A stretch of 63,723 nt of DNA, counting the filler, from Bigelowiella natans CCMP2755 (Eukaryota; Protista; Cercozoa): assembly GCA_000320545.1 (NCBI GenBank). It is 9 parts of 9 records of this genome, joined end to end, with 100 filler letters (N's around TTAATTAATTAA, not from the genome) between each part and the next. Parts side by side here need not be neighbours in the genome. Positions count along the whole stretch, not along the records: positions 8,206 to 27,132 come from ADNK01001206.1; positions 27,233 to 31,748 come from ADNK01001806.1; positions 31,849 to 40,720 come from ADNK01000764.1; 6 more parts are not named here. One strand, 5' to 3'. A model generated the notes under the pieces. It saw nothing but the letters and a program-made list of their open reading frames with translations, was not told the origin of the DNA and ran no database searches. How positions within the stretch are numbered: position 1 is the stretch's first letter; each line of letters begins with the position of its first letter. This document shows positions 13,583 to 33,907 of this stretch, in pieces. Position numbers and translations under genes: made by a program.

Positions 13583-14964
13583 CAAGCATGGTTACTGCCT
13601 GAATCATCATCATCATCACCATCATCATCTCATCATCGTATTGTTGGACTCACCGAGCACAACTTATGCACGAGGTTCGAGTTGGCTAAGAGGGGTCCGC
13701 ACTTCGGGTCCAAAGCGAATGTTCCGATCACAATTATTACTCCCAACACCACGTCGTCCTGAACAAAGAAAAAAGAAGATAGTGATGATAAGGAGGAGAA
13801 GGAGGAGGAGGAGGAGAATATGTTTACGCGCGCACACTCGCGTGTGGTTGTGAAAAGTGCTGAGATATGATTACATATGAAATTGATATTCCAAATTCCT
13901 AGTCGAGATATGTGCTCATTATTTATAACTGACTGTCAATACTATAACTTTACATCGGCGAATCCGGGGTTGAGGTGCTTGGAGAGGGACTCCAGGAAGG
14001 AGTGCTTTATGAGTAATTGATGGTAAAGAACATCGTGCAGTTGGATGTTGCCTGAAGATGGGAAATCATAATTCGAAAGATCCTTAAGCTTATGTTATCA
14101 AACTAGCAAACAAACGATGGAGGACCCGCCACTAAAGACGTATCAATCGGGAATGCTTAGAATATTTACACACGCAAGAGCGCCTCCCTCCCTCTCTCTT
14201 CTCTCTCTCGTCTCTCTCCGTCTTCCTTTACATATATTTATTTATGTGTGTGAGAAGATGCGAAAGGTGATGGACAACCGAGTGTCCTGAGCGTCTCCAC
14301 TAAATAGTCGTGCGACTCCGCTCGAATCGCCATCCCCACCTGGACGTGCATGCATACCAATAATTTCGTAATGTAATGCACGATTTTCCATGAAAAATAA
14401 ACAGAATCCGTTTCTCAAAGGTTGCAGATATCATCGGCATAACTGTGATGTCAATTTATGATTCCAAAATATGAGGTGGCCTCTTGGAAAACGCACTTAC
14501 ATTTTGGTATTTCTTGGAGTGGGGATAAGGAATAGGGGGCGGGGAGGGAAAGGAAGACAAGAGCGAAATAACATGCGATAATTGGACAGGTTCCGGTTTA
14601 GTTGCTGCCGCGTAACTTACGAACCATCTGGTGCATATATGGAGAGAACGCCTTCCATAGACGAGGAAAATTGCTCACATTTCTCACCTAGAAAATGCAC
14701 GTAATGTCAGGATTCCAGATGCTTGGCGATGTAAGAGGAGGGCAAGACAAGGGGAAACATCATAAGTAATAATGTCCCTATACCCGTCCTCTGCTAATAC
14801 ACGCGCTTTATGCTTATGTTTCATCTGTGCTACTTACAAGTTTCATGAGGAGATTATCCCAGTTTTTGTACGCTCTCTGCAGAAGCTTTCCCAACAAATC
14901 TCCTAATATTAGTAGTTTAATTAATGTTACATCTACACATTCACACAAACGCACAGAAACACAC

Positions 14965-15001
<37 letters not shown>

Positions 15002-15880
15002 CGCGCGTCGCTTCATTTTTGCCTTTTTTTACAGGATCTGCGAGAGATTTGAACGGGACCGATTAGCAACGGGCAGATAACCACGACTACGACAACGAAG
15101 ACGATGATACGTAGTATACCTTTGGCTATGAGAGTGGCGCATCGCTCAAAGGAGGCCAGATTCACTCCGAGTGAGATTAGATGGTCGTCCACAAGGTTGT
15201 TCTTGCATCTTTTTTTAAAAAGAGTAGAAGACATTAATATCAAGACTGAAAGCTATCATCATGCATACGTGTAAAAATGTGAAAGGAAGGAAAACATGCA
15301 TGTTGTTCGTCCACTCTCACCCGCCCCACCTCTCGCTTTATCATAAATATTTAAATCTACCAGGTACCTCTTAGTCTCCCCACCCCCCTTCTTTTCCCTC
15401 TCTGTCTACAAGCTATTGCAATGGTTGAGTCTTACTGTATTAAAAGAGCACAGAGGATTTGTGTGCCCATCTCGAGAGACTTCCCAAGTTCTTCGGGAAG
15501 GGCTAAAGAGCAAACGGAATGACAATCACGTGCACGTACAATTAGGTATATTGTATTTAAATATTGTATTTGTGTGTGTGCGTTTGACAGATTCGTAAGT
15601 GCGCTGAATAGATAATGGAACGGTTGCTCTGGAATGAGAATATTACGTTGATTAGGATCCAATCCAGTGGTGATTTGGTAGAGAAGCTGTAGAGAGAGAT
15701 GAACAGAATAGTAAGATAAAAAGACTGCCTCCCCCTCCTTTCCACATACAAAATCCCTCATACATGCCACGCCTTTCCTGCACCTTGATCGCCACATGTC
15801 GGGTGACGGGCTCCTCGATTCCTTTGACAATTTGACGATGAAACCCGCTGTTGATAGGAAACTTCGCGCAAACATACCAT

Positions 15881-15917
<37 letters not shown>

Positions 15918-18900
15918 GACAGACAGACAGGGGAGAAGGGGGGGGGGGGGGGGGGGGGGAGAGAGAGAACGCGGAAATGTGCACAAGTTAGTGCCAGATA
16001 AAGGCAATATCGTTCCCTTTTCTTTCATCGGCGCAATGTACTGGCATAATGATGATGATGATAATAATGATGATACAGACCTGTCTCTGCTTCTCGTCGA
16101 ACGTAAGATTAGACATCACCTGCAATACCTGAATAGACAAATACGACGATAAGAGCATTTTGCTAAGACTCGGAACATAGGATGGCAGTAAGAAGAAAAA
16201 GTAGGGAAAATGGCATAATGAGAACAAGATGATAATGGTAAGATATGTGCGTAATGAAGGCTTCGCCTGTTCGACACCTCATCCTTCAAATCTGGATGGT
16301 TGGAGGCATTATAAAGGCCCTGAAGTTTTTCCATAGCGCCCAATCGAGCTAGCTCCTGCACGTTTTCCTCGAATATCGAAATGGACCTCAAGAATATCAC
16401 CGCCAGCTGTAACAAGTCGTCTGGCGGGAGAAAGTAAGTAAGCAATAGCAAGCATTCATCGTAAAAAGTTGTCAAGAAACTCAGGGATTTGCCAAGCAGA
16501 AACACACAATCTTCAGAAGCCGCAGCAGCGGTAGCAGCACCTGTCATTTTCGTGTCGGTCACAGAGCCCAGCATCTGCTCATTTAAAAAAATATGTTGTT
16601 TTTTCAAAAATATATATTTTGTATAATTCCAAAAAGGAGACCCAAGCAGGTGTGAAGAGGGTCGAAGACATGACAATGGCAATTTCGGTGGACCTTTCTG
16701 GTTTCCTGCCTGCGCAATTCATCGACCAAGAATTTTACGATGTTCCTACGAACCATCTTGACCTGCATTGTTGGATAATTATGATGATGATAATGATGAT
16801 GATGATGATGATATAGGGGTTATGAGGGTCATTCAAGTAGCTAAGGTGTGGACATCACATCGATGATGTTCCACCAGCGAAGGGAGGACAGACAACATGT
16901 TACTAGACTACAACTATCGCCCGGAGGCTCAGCCTTTCTATCTCCCATATATCATGGAAGATTTACTCGTGTTTGTCCCTGTTACCTGCACGTTGCTGTC
17001 TTCTGCGACATTGAGTAGAATGTAGTACGCGATGTATAATAAATGCTCCTGGGGTTACGACAGCAAAGATGCAGCAGCAGCAAGATAAGGGATCGGAACA
17101 AGGAGGAATGGTAGCTAAATAGCCTCCAACGAATACATCAGATCACTATCATCATACACCGCAAGTCTTATTCTTCCTAACTCCTTCAACCTCTCTGTCA
17201 GCTTTACTACTGTATAATAAATTGGTGGAAAAGGCTAATTTTGTGTGGGACAGAATTGGAAACGTTACCTGTTTTTTCAGCCACCGTGCAGCCTTTTCCT
17301 TGCCCTCCTCTCCTAGGAAGTATGGAGACAGTTTTGAGGGACGGGAAGGATCGTAGAGTTGATCTATCATGTTTATTCGGTGAACGCACCTAGTGTCCCA
17401 GCCTTCAGCTCCTGCTTCCAGATATTAATTTTGTGGTTGTATCTTTTCCCTGCGAAACACATACAAAGAATATTCGGGTATATGAAGAAGGCGCAGCATG
17501 AAACGCCTATACTCAGCCCGACTAAAATCCCAAAACAATCATATTCGGAAAACGCTCAACTTTAAATACTTCAAACTACAAGTGCTTTTGGTTACTTTCG
17601 AGCTCCAGGAGCTTCATCGTCGTGTCTCCAACCTTCCAAAAGGCACGAATCATTTATGAGATCACATATGCATCCATCAGCTGCGTGGGAGGAGACATAG
17701 AAGAAAGGCCCACCTTATTTCTCAGTAGCATGTCATGTAGTTGCGAGAATGACGAAAAGCAGAAGAAGATCTGCAACAAACAAGCTAAGCGTTAGACAAC
17801 AAAGAGCTTTCCAGCCGTTTCCCCCTCCCCTTTGAGAATCGTTCGCAATGCCAGTTATATATGTTGTCGTCATGATCGGATGCAACAACTCAGTGGAGTA
17901 TTTGAGGTGAGAATATTCTACTCACATTCAGAATGTTTATGAACAGATCCGAGCTGCCGCGCTTCAAGTCATCTTGGAGCACTCGCCCGAGAATCTACTC
18001 AGGGAATACAGAACACATAAACATAAAACTGCTTCAGCAAAAAAATGTAGTTAAAGAAGGAATTCTTGGATAGTTCAGGAAAACCATGATTTTGTTTGAA
18101 CGGTTGTGCCGTGTAAAAAGATCAAGGGATGCTTCGGGGGAAACGTTTGATATCTCGATAACAATTTCCCATTATGCTATTTGTAGTTCGTTGCGAAACC
18201 TGGCAAATGGACTCTTCTTTGACGAACGTCTCTAAGTTGTCGTGGAATTGTACTAGCTGTAAAATGAATCCAGTTCCTACAGAGAGGTGGTCAAATTATC
18301 AAAATAACTTTCTCGTGAGTAACTTTCTCTTGAAGCAGTGACAATTTTCTCTTCTCCGAAGAAAATATACATCCCACCTTTGATCTTTGACTTAATGTCC
18401 TCCTCGTATAAAAGCTCCACATACCTTAATCAACGGGTCAACGGCGGGATCAATAAGCATAGAAGAAAGAGAGAGACAGAGAGATAGAAGGAGAGGGGAC
18501 GGGGTGTAAGATGACTTCTCAAGATGGCTGAGCTTGGCCTTGGGAAGTTTCTTTTTTTTACTCGACTTTCGAACACTTCTTTGCTTGCTGCTGGTTGTAG
18601 ACGAGGATCTCGCCGTGTCACTGCCATTCTTTCGCGGAGTAGCCGCCGACTGATCACTTCGATTCGTCATGTCCCCCGCCCATTGAACCTTCTTTTCCGG
18701 TGCGGTATCTAGGCTTGGGCCATGCGATGATGATGATGATGATGACTGCGGTTGTTTGAGTTCCGCATTACCGCCTTCGATTGGCCTGCCATCTGATGTT
18801 CGGCCGGTCATAGACACGTCTTTATTCTGCTCTTGCTTCTGTTGTTCTTCAGGCTTTGGCTGCTGCTGCTGCTGCTTAGGCTGCTGCGAGACATGACGTA

Positions 18901-19442
18901 CGACAGGTTTTATTATCTTCACGATTGGTTTTATCTTCCTCGATTGTCTGATGACTGGCCGCGACGTGGGGGGTGCGCTATCGTGTTTGGCGCTCCTTGC
19001 GCTGTTATTCCCGGACGAGGAGGATGTAGTTGTCCTAGTGCTTCTCGAGGTTGAGGAGCCGCCAAGGCGCTGCTTCAGATTTCTCAGCAGCTCGATGACC
19101 TGATTTATCTTAGGACGTATAATCTTGAGCTTTGATTGTATTGACTTTGCGACTTTCTCAGGGTCGGAGGTGGGCTTGAATGTCTTGAGATTGACACGGC
19201 GCGAGTGACGAACGCGCTCGATCAACTCGGACCCCCGATACGTTACATTCGAGTAGTTGACAATGATTACGGGATCTTTGTCGTCGAGTTCGATCCGCCT
19301 AAGGAGTGATATACACGAAAAATTAATACACTGTGGCCAGAACTATCGAGTAGAGTCGAGGAGAGGAAGCTTTGTATTCGAGGCGGGTGAATATGATAAC
19401 CTACCCAAGCGCAATTTTCTTCACTATCTTGGCGTCAGACAT
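11098..19442 (-). CDS. KIFAP3: Kinesin-associated protein 3 (kinesin-II accessory subunit, KAP3/FLA3), multi-exon
   Basis: Exons give MSDAKIVKKIALG|RIELDDKDPVIIVNY..., KINQVIELLRNLKQR, ILGRVLQDDLKRGSSDLFINILN, IFFCFSSFSQLHDMLLRNK, FLRSISIFEENVQEL, DDVVLGVIIVIGTFALDPKCGPLLANSNL and WQVRIREKRFENMNREWIEFIE. These match KAP3 ARM-repeat signatures. Exact last exon is uncertain (stop at 11098 or 11061). Confidence 0.93.
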
Positions 19443-19599
19443 GCTTCCAAAGCTACCGTAGCACCTGTCACTCAATCTAGTCAAGCGATTGGGCTAAAGT
19501 CCTTCCAATACCAAACTTCGTTGTGTCAGAGGGGTCCTAAGCAATATGGAACTCAATATGGGCGGCTAAATGGAATAGCTAGCTATATGAGGTGAAAAT

Positions 19600-20124
19600 G
19601 AGGCCTCAGGACAGAAACAGCTGCATATCAATGAACATGTAAGGTCCAGTGTGATTCGCACTAAAGAACGGAATCAGAGTTTGATATCCGTCTGCTGCAC
19701 ACAATGTTACAGGAAGTAGGAAAGATCGAAACTGATACTTCATCATGTTTATGGTGATGAGATCGTCGTCGGCAGATTCCTCCCTCAAAATGCCGATAGG
19801 AATAACCAAAAAGAAAGGTACTACACAGTACAATCACTTATTCCATCCCAAGCCGATATAACAAAAAGAGGAAGGGGAAGGTGAGGGTGACTTTCTCCAT
19901 GCGGTTGTGCAATCGAGGGTGAGCATTCAAAAAACATGGGATGCAAGCCGAACGATAAGGGGATATCCATGTCGCATCACGTAAAACGCATTGATTCCCA
20001 GCTGGCTGTAACCGAAAGCCGTTCCCTCCAAAGGGCCAATAATTTAGGTCTTTCGGAGGGATGTGTTGTCTCTGTAACAAATGCTACTATACTTTTGATA
20101 AGCCTATCTTCGATATGTGATTGA
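19600..20124 (+). CDS. Small hypothetical spliced gene between KAP3 and AP4E
   Basis: Phase-compatible putative exons ERSKLILHHVYGDEIVVGRFLPQNADRNNQKE|SRYNKKRKGK|GISMSHHVKRIDSQ... with GT/AG borders. No start codon resolved and no homology recognised. Confidence 0.25.
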
Positions 20125-20536
20125 GAATTGTTTTGGATATAACTGGGAGTTTTTTTTATCTAGATACTTGTGCCTTGTTGCATTGCGATTCGCAATGCCA
20201 GGAAACTACCCATCTTTTTCTTCGTAGATTTTTCCTACAATCTCGTCATCGATTTTTCCCAGTTAGTGCGAACGCCGTAGATTTTCCCTTCAATGTCCAA
20301 TTTGAGAAGTCGCAGCATACAAATCTCATTAGTTTCAGTATTTTGAGCTGCGGACTCGCATAGGTCTGCCCCCCCCTCCCCTCTTTCCAACTTCCTCCTG
20401 AACGGTCTTCAATTTCGAATCACATTGATAAATACAATCATTGATGAGTAGTTCCTTCATAGAAGTGGTGGCTCGATATAGTTAAGATTTTGTTGGCATG
20501 ATGGAATTCTAAACCTCCCCCACTTTCAGTGCCAGG

Positions 20537-26311
<5,775 letters not shown>

Positions 26312-26320
26312 GTGAGATAA

Positions 26321-26357
<37 letters not shown>

Positions 26358-27349
26358 CAGTAGAATATGAGCGCGATAACAATGACGATGACGATGATGA
26401 GACAAATATATACAACCATCATGCGATTTTCATCACACATGCACATAGATGTAACACCAGCTGCTCGACTCCTCCCTCCCCCCCCCCAAACCCCCCACTT
26501 GCAAAAAGGGAAAAAATCTTTTTTTTAAACATTCTTGGTTTTCCCCCGGTTACCCCAAATTTCGCCTCCTTGACCGGTACCATTTAAAAGACACTTGCAA
26601 ATGGGCCCCCAGCTTACAAGCCAGGGAACTTTCCAAGGCCTTCCGAACCCCCCGGAGGGCCATTGGGAGGAGGGGGTCCCGGCAGGGAAAGAAAAAAAAA
26701 GCCTACTTCGCAATCCCAGGTATAATGGGAAGAAGAAGGGGGGGGACGAGAAGAACCAGGGTTTGCGCTTCTACCCACAATCAAGGAATAAAACCAAATG
26801 GGGGTCTCAACTTTGTTCATTACAGGGAACAGATGGCATATCTTTGCGTTAAAAACCGCTATTTCACGAGCTCAACTGGATGTCGGGTTTTCTTTCCTGG
26901 GCAACATCAAGTTTCCAATCGATGACCAACGGTCGCTCATCTTACGAAGTCACGTCGCGAATATCCCCATACAAGGGAAGGTGAGCAATAACTACACACT
27001 ACTATCATAACCGCTCGCGGGACACAAAACTTGTAACTGTTGTTCTTTGGCGGTACTCGGGTTCCAGCGCCAGGCCTGCCCTGCGCTCATTTATGTGGTG
27101 TGTATGCGTAGAATATTCTAACTCAGTCCACCNNNNNNNNNNNNNNNNNNNNNNNNNNNNNNNNNNNNNNNNNNNNTTAATTAATTAANNNNNNNNNNNN
27201 NNNNNNNNNNNNNNNNNNNNNNNNNNNNNNNNCACCATGATGGGCATTATGACAAAGGGCGTATTCATGGGTTATTCGCAAATGTGCTCGGTGTCGCACG
27301 TATTTTTGGGCCCCTATCCGCGGTAAAAAATGATCTTTGAGAATCAAGG

Positions 27350-28333
27350 TTGTCCGATGCGCAGATTGCTTCGCCCTCATTTTACCGCACGCGCGTTGCA
27401 GATATAAATCCGAAGAAATGTAGCTTTAGCAGCGTTAATTTTTCCCAGTTGAAGGAAGTTGTCTCTTACATGTCTCTGATAGAGCGGTTGCTTCTGTTTC
27501 TTCCTTCCAATTTTGCTCCGCAGGCCCTCACTCTCGAATTCCATACTCACGGGTTGCTATTTGGTGGGACCCATATCCTCTTCCCGAACGTGTTTTTCTG
27601 CGATTCCGTTTGTTTGATATGTTCATTTTCTCCCCCCCCGGTAGCCCAACCCTCCTCAAAGCAGCCACCCATTACTCTATACCCTCTAGGAATTCTTTGT
27701 CTGGTATATCTGGACTGCGTGACGCTCTTAGCCAATCACATGAGCTCGACCAGGTTGTAGATTGAACTCCCCTGAAATTAGGTTTGGTTGTATTGCTCTT
27801 CGACTGGGCAAAGGGTGGGGGGGGGGGGAGACGAAGTTAGTGGAAAACATTGCACGCAGCCCTCCTATCTGTTTTATTATTGGGAGGATGATAGAAACTA
27901 AGCTGGCACAAGAACGAAGCTGAGGGCGGGAAAGTAGGGGAGGAGGGGAGGGGACAGAAGGGTTTGTTAAAATCTGCTGTTGGTTAGGCTGGAGAGCGAG
28001 AAGAAACGTGCAAGAAGTTTTTGGCGCATCTGGAGGAGGAAGACTCCCTTGTGCACGCATTGAAGCTCTCTTCTAAGTCCTCTTTGCTGAGCACGGTGGA
28101 GCAAGCTTTGTCATCAGCTCGCGCTTTCCGGCCGCTGAAAGTATCTAGAGATGGCCTCGTGGAAGGGGGTGTCGGCACAAAACGGTGAGTGGGTGGGTGG
28201 GTGGGGGCGCGGGCTTGCACATACATGTTTATATTATAAATTAATTTGTATATGATGCTATCTCGTCTTTTAGATATGTTTCTCTCGGCTCACCTCCACC
28301 TTCCCCCCTGTGTACAATTGCGTGGACATTCAC

Positions 28334-28369
<36 letters not shown>

Positions 28370-29370
28370 CGCACGCGCGCGCATATCCACGAATATGGCA
28401 TGTGCGTGCACGCGTAATAGAGCTCTGTCCCACGTACTCAAATCGATCAGGCTTGCTCCGTTGCTAGCTGCAGCAGAAGAGAGACTTGGAGAGCTGAAGG
28501 AAGCTGACAGAATCATCAGCATGATGAGAAGAGGGTGCTGTTTGTAGAGAGGAGAGAAAAATCAGAGAGCCAGAGTGGGGGGAAGGGGGGGGGGATGAGA
28601 AAAAAGGCGACGAGGAGAACGATGCCGTACAGTTATTCGTTTATATAAACGTTGTGTTGATGATGGTAGGCTCTCATCAAGAAGTACCACCGAAATGCGC
28701 AAGATCCTTCGGATGGCCGCTCGCGTGGGGCTGTCCTCCCATGCCCTCTACGCGTCGGTATCACAGCGATACACGCTCCTAGAGCAAGATGAAGCGAAGA
28801 AAAGGTTTTTGCCGTAGATATTCCTCGACTAATTTCTTCCAGAATGACGGATAATTACATCGATTTTGATTCGTGTCCTCGCACAATCCCCTCCCCACAA
28901 CCTTCAACCCCCCCCTCCACTTCCCCCCTTCCTTTTTGCTCATCAGAGAACGGGCGGAGGCACAGAGGCAGCGCGCTCGGATTGCAATAGAGAAGAGGGA
29001 GAGGGAGAGGGCACAGATGCGTCGGCTTGAGGAAGAGACTCTCCGGATTCAAAGAGAAAAGGTTAATACTTTATTCTATAATATTTCAAGCGTACGCGTA
29101 CGTGACATTCTATCGGCTATATCTTACAGGAGGAGCGAGAGGCCTTGCGGCTGAAAGAAGAACAAGAGCGTGCAGAAGCCCTTCGCCAGGAAAAGTATCT
29201 CGCCGAGGAGACGAAGCGAGTAAGCACAACAATGCGCGAAATACATACTCTACGGGGTGTATATGTTCGACTAAATGCACTTGAGTTATGCAACAACACA
29301 ATATACATCTCACCTGCTTCTGCGGGCGCGCGCGTGTGCGTGCTATAAAAGAGAAAGGCAGAGAGAAATA

Positions 29371-29415
<45 letters not shown>

Positions 29416-30257
29416 AGGGTGAAATTGCGTTCGTGTCTATTTATATAGAATTTAGTAAGTATCTGGCATCAGGCCGAGGTAGAGAGGCAGAGGAGGCTTC
29501 TTCGAGAGCAAAAGGAGCAGCAGGAGGAGGATGAGAGGGTGATATAGAATCATAGCCAAATCAAACTTTTACTCAAAACCCCCCCTCCCCTCGCTCCCCC
29601 TCCCATCTCCCCTCCAACAAAATCAGTTGTTTGAAGCTTTTTAGAGCTGCAGTCTCCTCCCCGTCTCTTTCTCTCTCCCTCTCTCTTTCGCCCTCGCCCT
29701 CTCGCTTTCGCTCTCCCCCTCCTTCCCAACATGTGTTTGTTTAATCGTGTGTGGTTCTATCGATGTTGATCCTTCAGATACGGCGCGAGTGGCAGGAACG
29801 CAACTTGCAGCTGTCCTCCTTCTCCGCCAGCCTTTCAAGACCCTCCTCCTCCCCCAACCTCCCCAGCGACTATGGCGATGTGAAGTATGCTCAGGGGAGG
29901 GATTCTGAAGATCGGCTGACAGATAGGACGGCAGCATCTATGGAAAAACCGGCGAATGTAAAGATTGCTGGTGGTGGTGGTGTTGATGGGGGCAATTCGT
30001 ATCGGGAGAGCGCGACAAGGGGCGGTCATATCTACATCACCAGTGCGAAGTCGTCGGGGAGCAGCTCTCGGCTACGAATGTAAGTGCTCTTGTTGTGAGC
30101 GTATTAGATGTGAGGTCTTGGTGGGTGGGGGTGGAGGTGGGGTTGCGATGTGGTGGGTGACACGTACGATTATGAATGATGATGATGATGATGAATGATG
30201 ATGATGATGATATAGCGACCCTCTTACATGTGTGTTTGTATGTGCAAATACGAGGTG

Positions 30258-30340
<83 letters not shown>

Positions 30341-30601
30341 ATGTTCGTGTATTTGTCCATCAGGAGTGCATCTCCACGGAAAGGGGGCAGCAACGGCACG
30401 AGCAGCAGCCGAGTCCAACGCCACGCCTCCCACCATCAGCAGCAATCCAACTCTCGCTCACCACGCGTGTTGCGCGTAAAGAAGAGGATGCGGAAGAAGA
30501 AATCAAAGAGCGCTAGCAGTGTTGCTCTCCGCCATCGTAAGCACACGATTTCATCCCTCCACATCCAATATTGATTTCCCCTTCTAGTCTCGCCTCATTA
30601 T

Positions 30602-30644
<43 letters not shown>

Positions 30645-31599
30645 GTATTTGCCCTTACGATGCACCCATGCTTCCAGCAGCAGAAGGAGGGGAGGGCTCG
30701 GCTCAGCCGTTGCTTTTGGACGAGGTCATCTTAGGCGTCGAGAGGTAAACAGATGGAACTAGCCCAGAATATGCTGCAAAACAACGACGTGCGCCCTCGA
30801 GCACTCAAAACTACACCACATTGCGGGATTTTCCTCTTTTTTTGCTCTTTAAATCCCCCCCTCCTCTGTGATGTTAAAAAACTGCCAAAACCGCAGGAGG
30901 CTGAACGCCGTCGAGTCCGCCCAGGAGAAGAAGTTTGAGGTCATTCTGAACCACCTCACCGCCATATCGCCCAAAAACGAGGGGAGGGCTGCTTCGTCTC
31001 CAGTAGGAAGGGACGTCTCTGCGGTACAAAATACATCGTAAAAGTTTCGGTGAAGCTTTTTCAATGGGACCTACTGAGAGCCTGCCTCCCTCTCCCTACC
31101 CCTCTTCCCCGCTCCCCCCATTTCCTAGGTGATCCACCCTCACCCACGCCCCGCGTTCATGCGGAGAGGAAGGGAGGAGCAAGATCCTTACGACGTCATC
31201 ATATCACCCACAGCGACAACGGGGCCTCGTAGCAACGGCTTACCCCGACATTTCACCCTCGACCCCACCCTCGGAGGGGACGACAGACGAAGCACTGAGG
31301 GGGGGGGGGGAGCGGTTCGATCCCCGACATGGGCCTGGGGGCCTACCGGCGCTAGCAGCAACATGCGGCACGCGAACTCGCTCTCCTCCCCACCCTCCTC
31401 CTCCTCCTCCAACTCCTCCTCCCAAGAGAGCTATCTAAATATTCGCCTCGGGGTGTCAGGACTTGATTTCGTTGCAGGAGGGAGAGGGGGAGGGGGGCAT
31501 GCGAGGGGCCGCGGCGCAGGAGCAGGGGCGGGTGGCGTGTGGGAAGGATGGATCGAAATCTACCAGAGGAGGAGCGGCCGCGTCGTCTCAAAACAATGA
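27350..31599 (+). CDS. Hypothetical coiled-coil / low-complexity protein, multi-exon, 5' truncated
   Basis: In-phase exons include AGEREETCKKFLAHLEEEDSLVHALK..., ALSHVLKSIRLAPLLAAAEERL..., ERAEAQRQRARIAIEKRERE... and IRREWQERNLQL.... Likely last exon ~31129-31599. Confidence 0.6.
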
Positions 31600-32228
31600 C
31601 GCGAAAGGAGAGGTACCCATTTTCAGAAATGCTTACTTTCTCATATTTGCGTGGAGTTTGTATCTGCTTTGAAGGGACTCAAGTAGATCTGATATTCACT
31701 TATACACTATGTACAATTCATGTACATGCAGACCATCCGCACTAACACNNNNNNNNNNNNNNNNNNNNNNNNNNNNNNNNNNNNNNNNNNNNTTAATTAA
31801 TTAANNNNNNNNNNNNNNNNNNNNNNNNNNNNNNNNNNNNNNNNNNNNCGACACCCCTCCCTCCCTCTGAAATAATCCCAGCCTCCCCCCCCCCCCCTCC
31901 CCCCCTCCCTGTCGCTCACCCCCCTTCTTTTCCCCCGTTATTCTTCTACTTTTTCTTCTGCTGCCGTCCCCCCCGTACAAATGATCACATATGATATCAT
32001 CCACCCACTCTCAGTCAAAACTCTCACCCCCACTCACGCCTGGCAGTGCCTGCTTATGCATCTGTATATGTTTATATATATATATATATAAATATAGATA
32101 GAGATATATACGCACACACAAGCATGCAATGACAAACATCCCCCACCCCCCCCCCCCCCCCCCCCAATATATCACATAGCGCCTGGAGCTATCGTACATT
32201 CTGTGCGTGAAACCGAGCGTAAAGCAGA

Positions 32229-32322
32229 ACCTAGATCTGAGTGCTTTCGAGTTGAAGGAGGTGGAGAGGCAGCTCCAGTGGTCCAGTTAAGTAAGGGATT
32301 AGGGGGGAGGGGATATCATATA

Positions 32323-32371
<49 letters not shown>

Positions 32372-32548
32372 ATTTGTTGGTAGAAAGAGACGAGTCATGA
32401 GCATCTATTTTCTGTGGCAAAAATGGCTGAAACTAACTTGTTTTCCATCATAATCGCCATTCTCTCTCTATACTCAGGAATTCTCTCGTTGGCAAATATC
32501 GCAACAAAGGGGTTAGTGCCGGATGGTTTCGGCTAGGAATGGGGGGCG

Positions 32549-32587
<39 letters not shown>

Positions 32588-33254
32588 CGCGCGTAATAAT
32601 ATTTCAAAATATTTATTACTTATTTATGATGATTGGGTGAGAAGGGGGGCAGTGCGATTGGTTCTTACTTGTGGGCATGCCGTGCCGCTCTTGTTCATTT
32701 TAAGCTTTGATCAAATCTTCTCAGTTGCTCCGAGTGTATGCCTCTAAACGACTTTATCAACGCATACGGCAATATAATTCCCCCGCATGTTCGAAGAGAG
32801 GGTCAGTCCAAGAGAGAGAGAGGTGCCTTTAAGCACTTCCTCGGGGGGGAGAGAGCAGCAGCAGCAGCAGCAGCAGCAGAAAATGAGTGATGATAATGGT
32901 GATGGAGAGGAGGCTCCACTGCTTCGGAACGAATAGATTTGGGGAGATCTCTTATTACACCTTGACAATTGCGACTACGATGTTATGCCCTCACAACCGC
33001 ATCTTCTTCACTCATCGTATATCCTCCTTCTGACGATGATGATGGTGATGTTGACAGGAGATCTGGTGAAGGACAGCAAGCTGATAGTGAAGCACGCATG
33101 CACGCCCTTCAATGGGATAATGCCCAAAGCCGTCTCGTACGATATCACCGACAAGATGATTCTCTTTAACCATGCCTTCCGGACTCTCTTGAACTACTGC
33201 AGGTAGTAGTAAGAAGGATCATGACGATGATGATGATGATGATGATGAAAACAT

Positions 33255-33287
<33 letters not shown>

Positions 33288-33294
33288 ATGTACA

Positions 33295-33366
<72 letters not shown>

Positions 33367-33539
33367 TTCCTTCTATATCTCCTCATTCGGTCTCGTATCC
33401 TACACTATTTGCAATCGTCTTCGTCCTTAGGGTGAAGATCGCGTTGAGGCCATCCGGGCGATTGATTGCTGCTTTGTTTGCGGCACATCGCCTACGGACA
33501 AATTTCAAGTAAATAATAAGGCGAGAGATTACCGGGATG

Positions 33540-33577
<38 letters not shown>

Positions 33578-33827
33578 GAAAATATTGTAAGTGTCGAAAT
33601 ACATGAAATATGCTGTTTTCCCGTGTCGTAATTTCTGCTGAGCCCTTCTCTTCTCCAACCCTCCCGTCCTCCCCGCCCTTCTCGCTCCTCCCCCTCCTCC
33701 TCCTCCTCTTCACCGCCGCCACTCCTAGATCGATCATTGCCACTTGCGCACTGGTTTACAAGTTGATCTGCAAGAAGAGGCGCTCGAGGATCATAACCGA
33801 AGCTGAGGAGGTAGAGATAGAGAATAT

Positions 33828-33907
<80 letters not shown>

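Noticed and set aside
26460-26850. Odd homopolymer-rich sequence after the last clear AP4E exon (similar at 40620-40720 and 51320-51706)
   Set aside because: Looks like low-quality read tails near contig ends, and appears to hold a garbled AP4E exon (…LANG.PAYKP).
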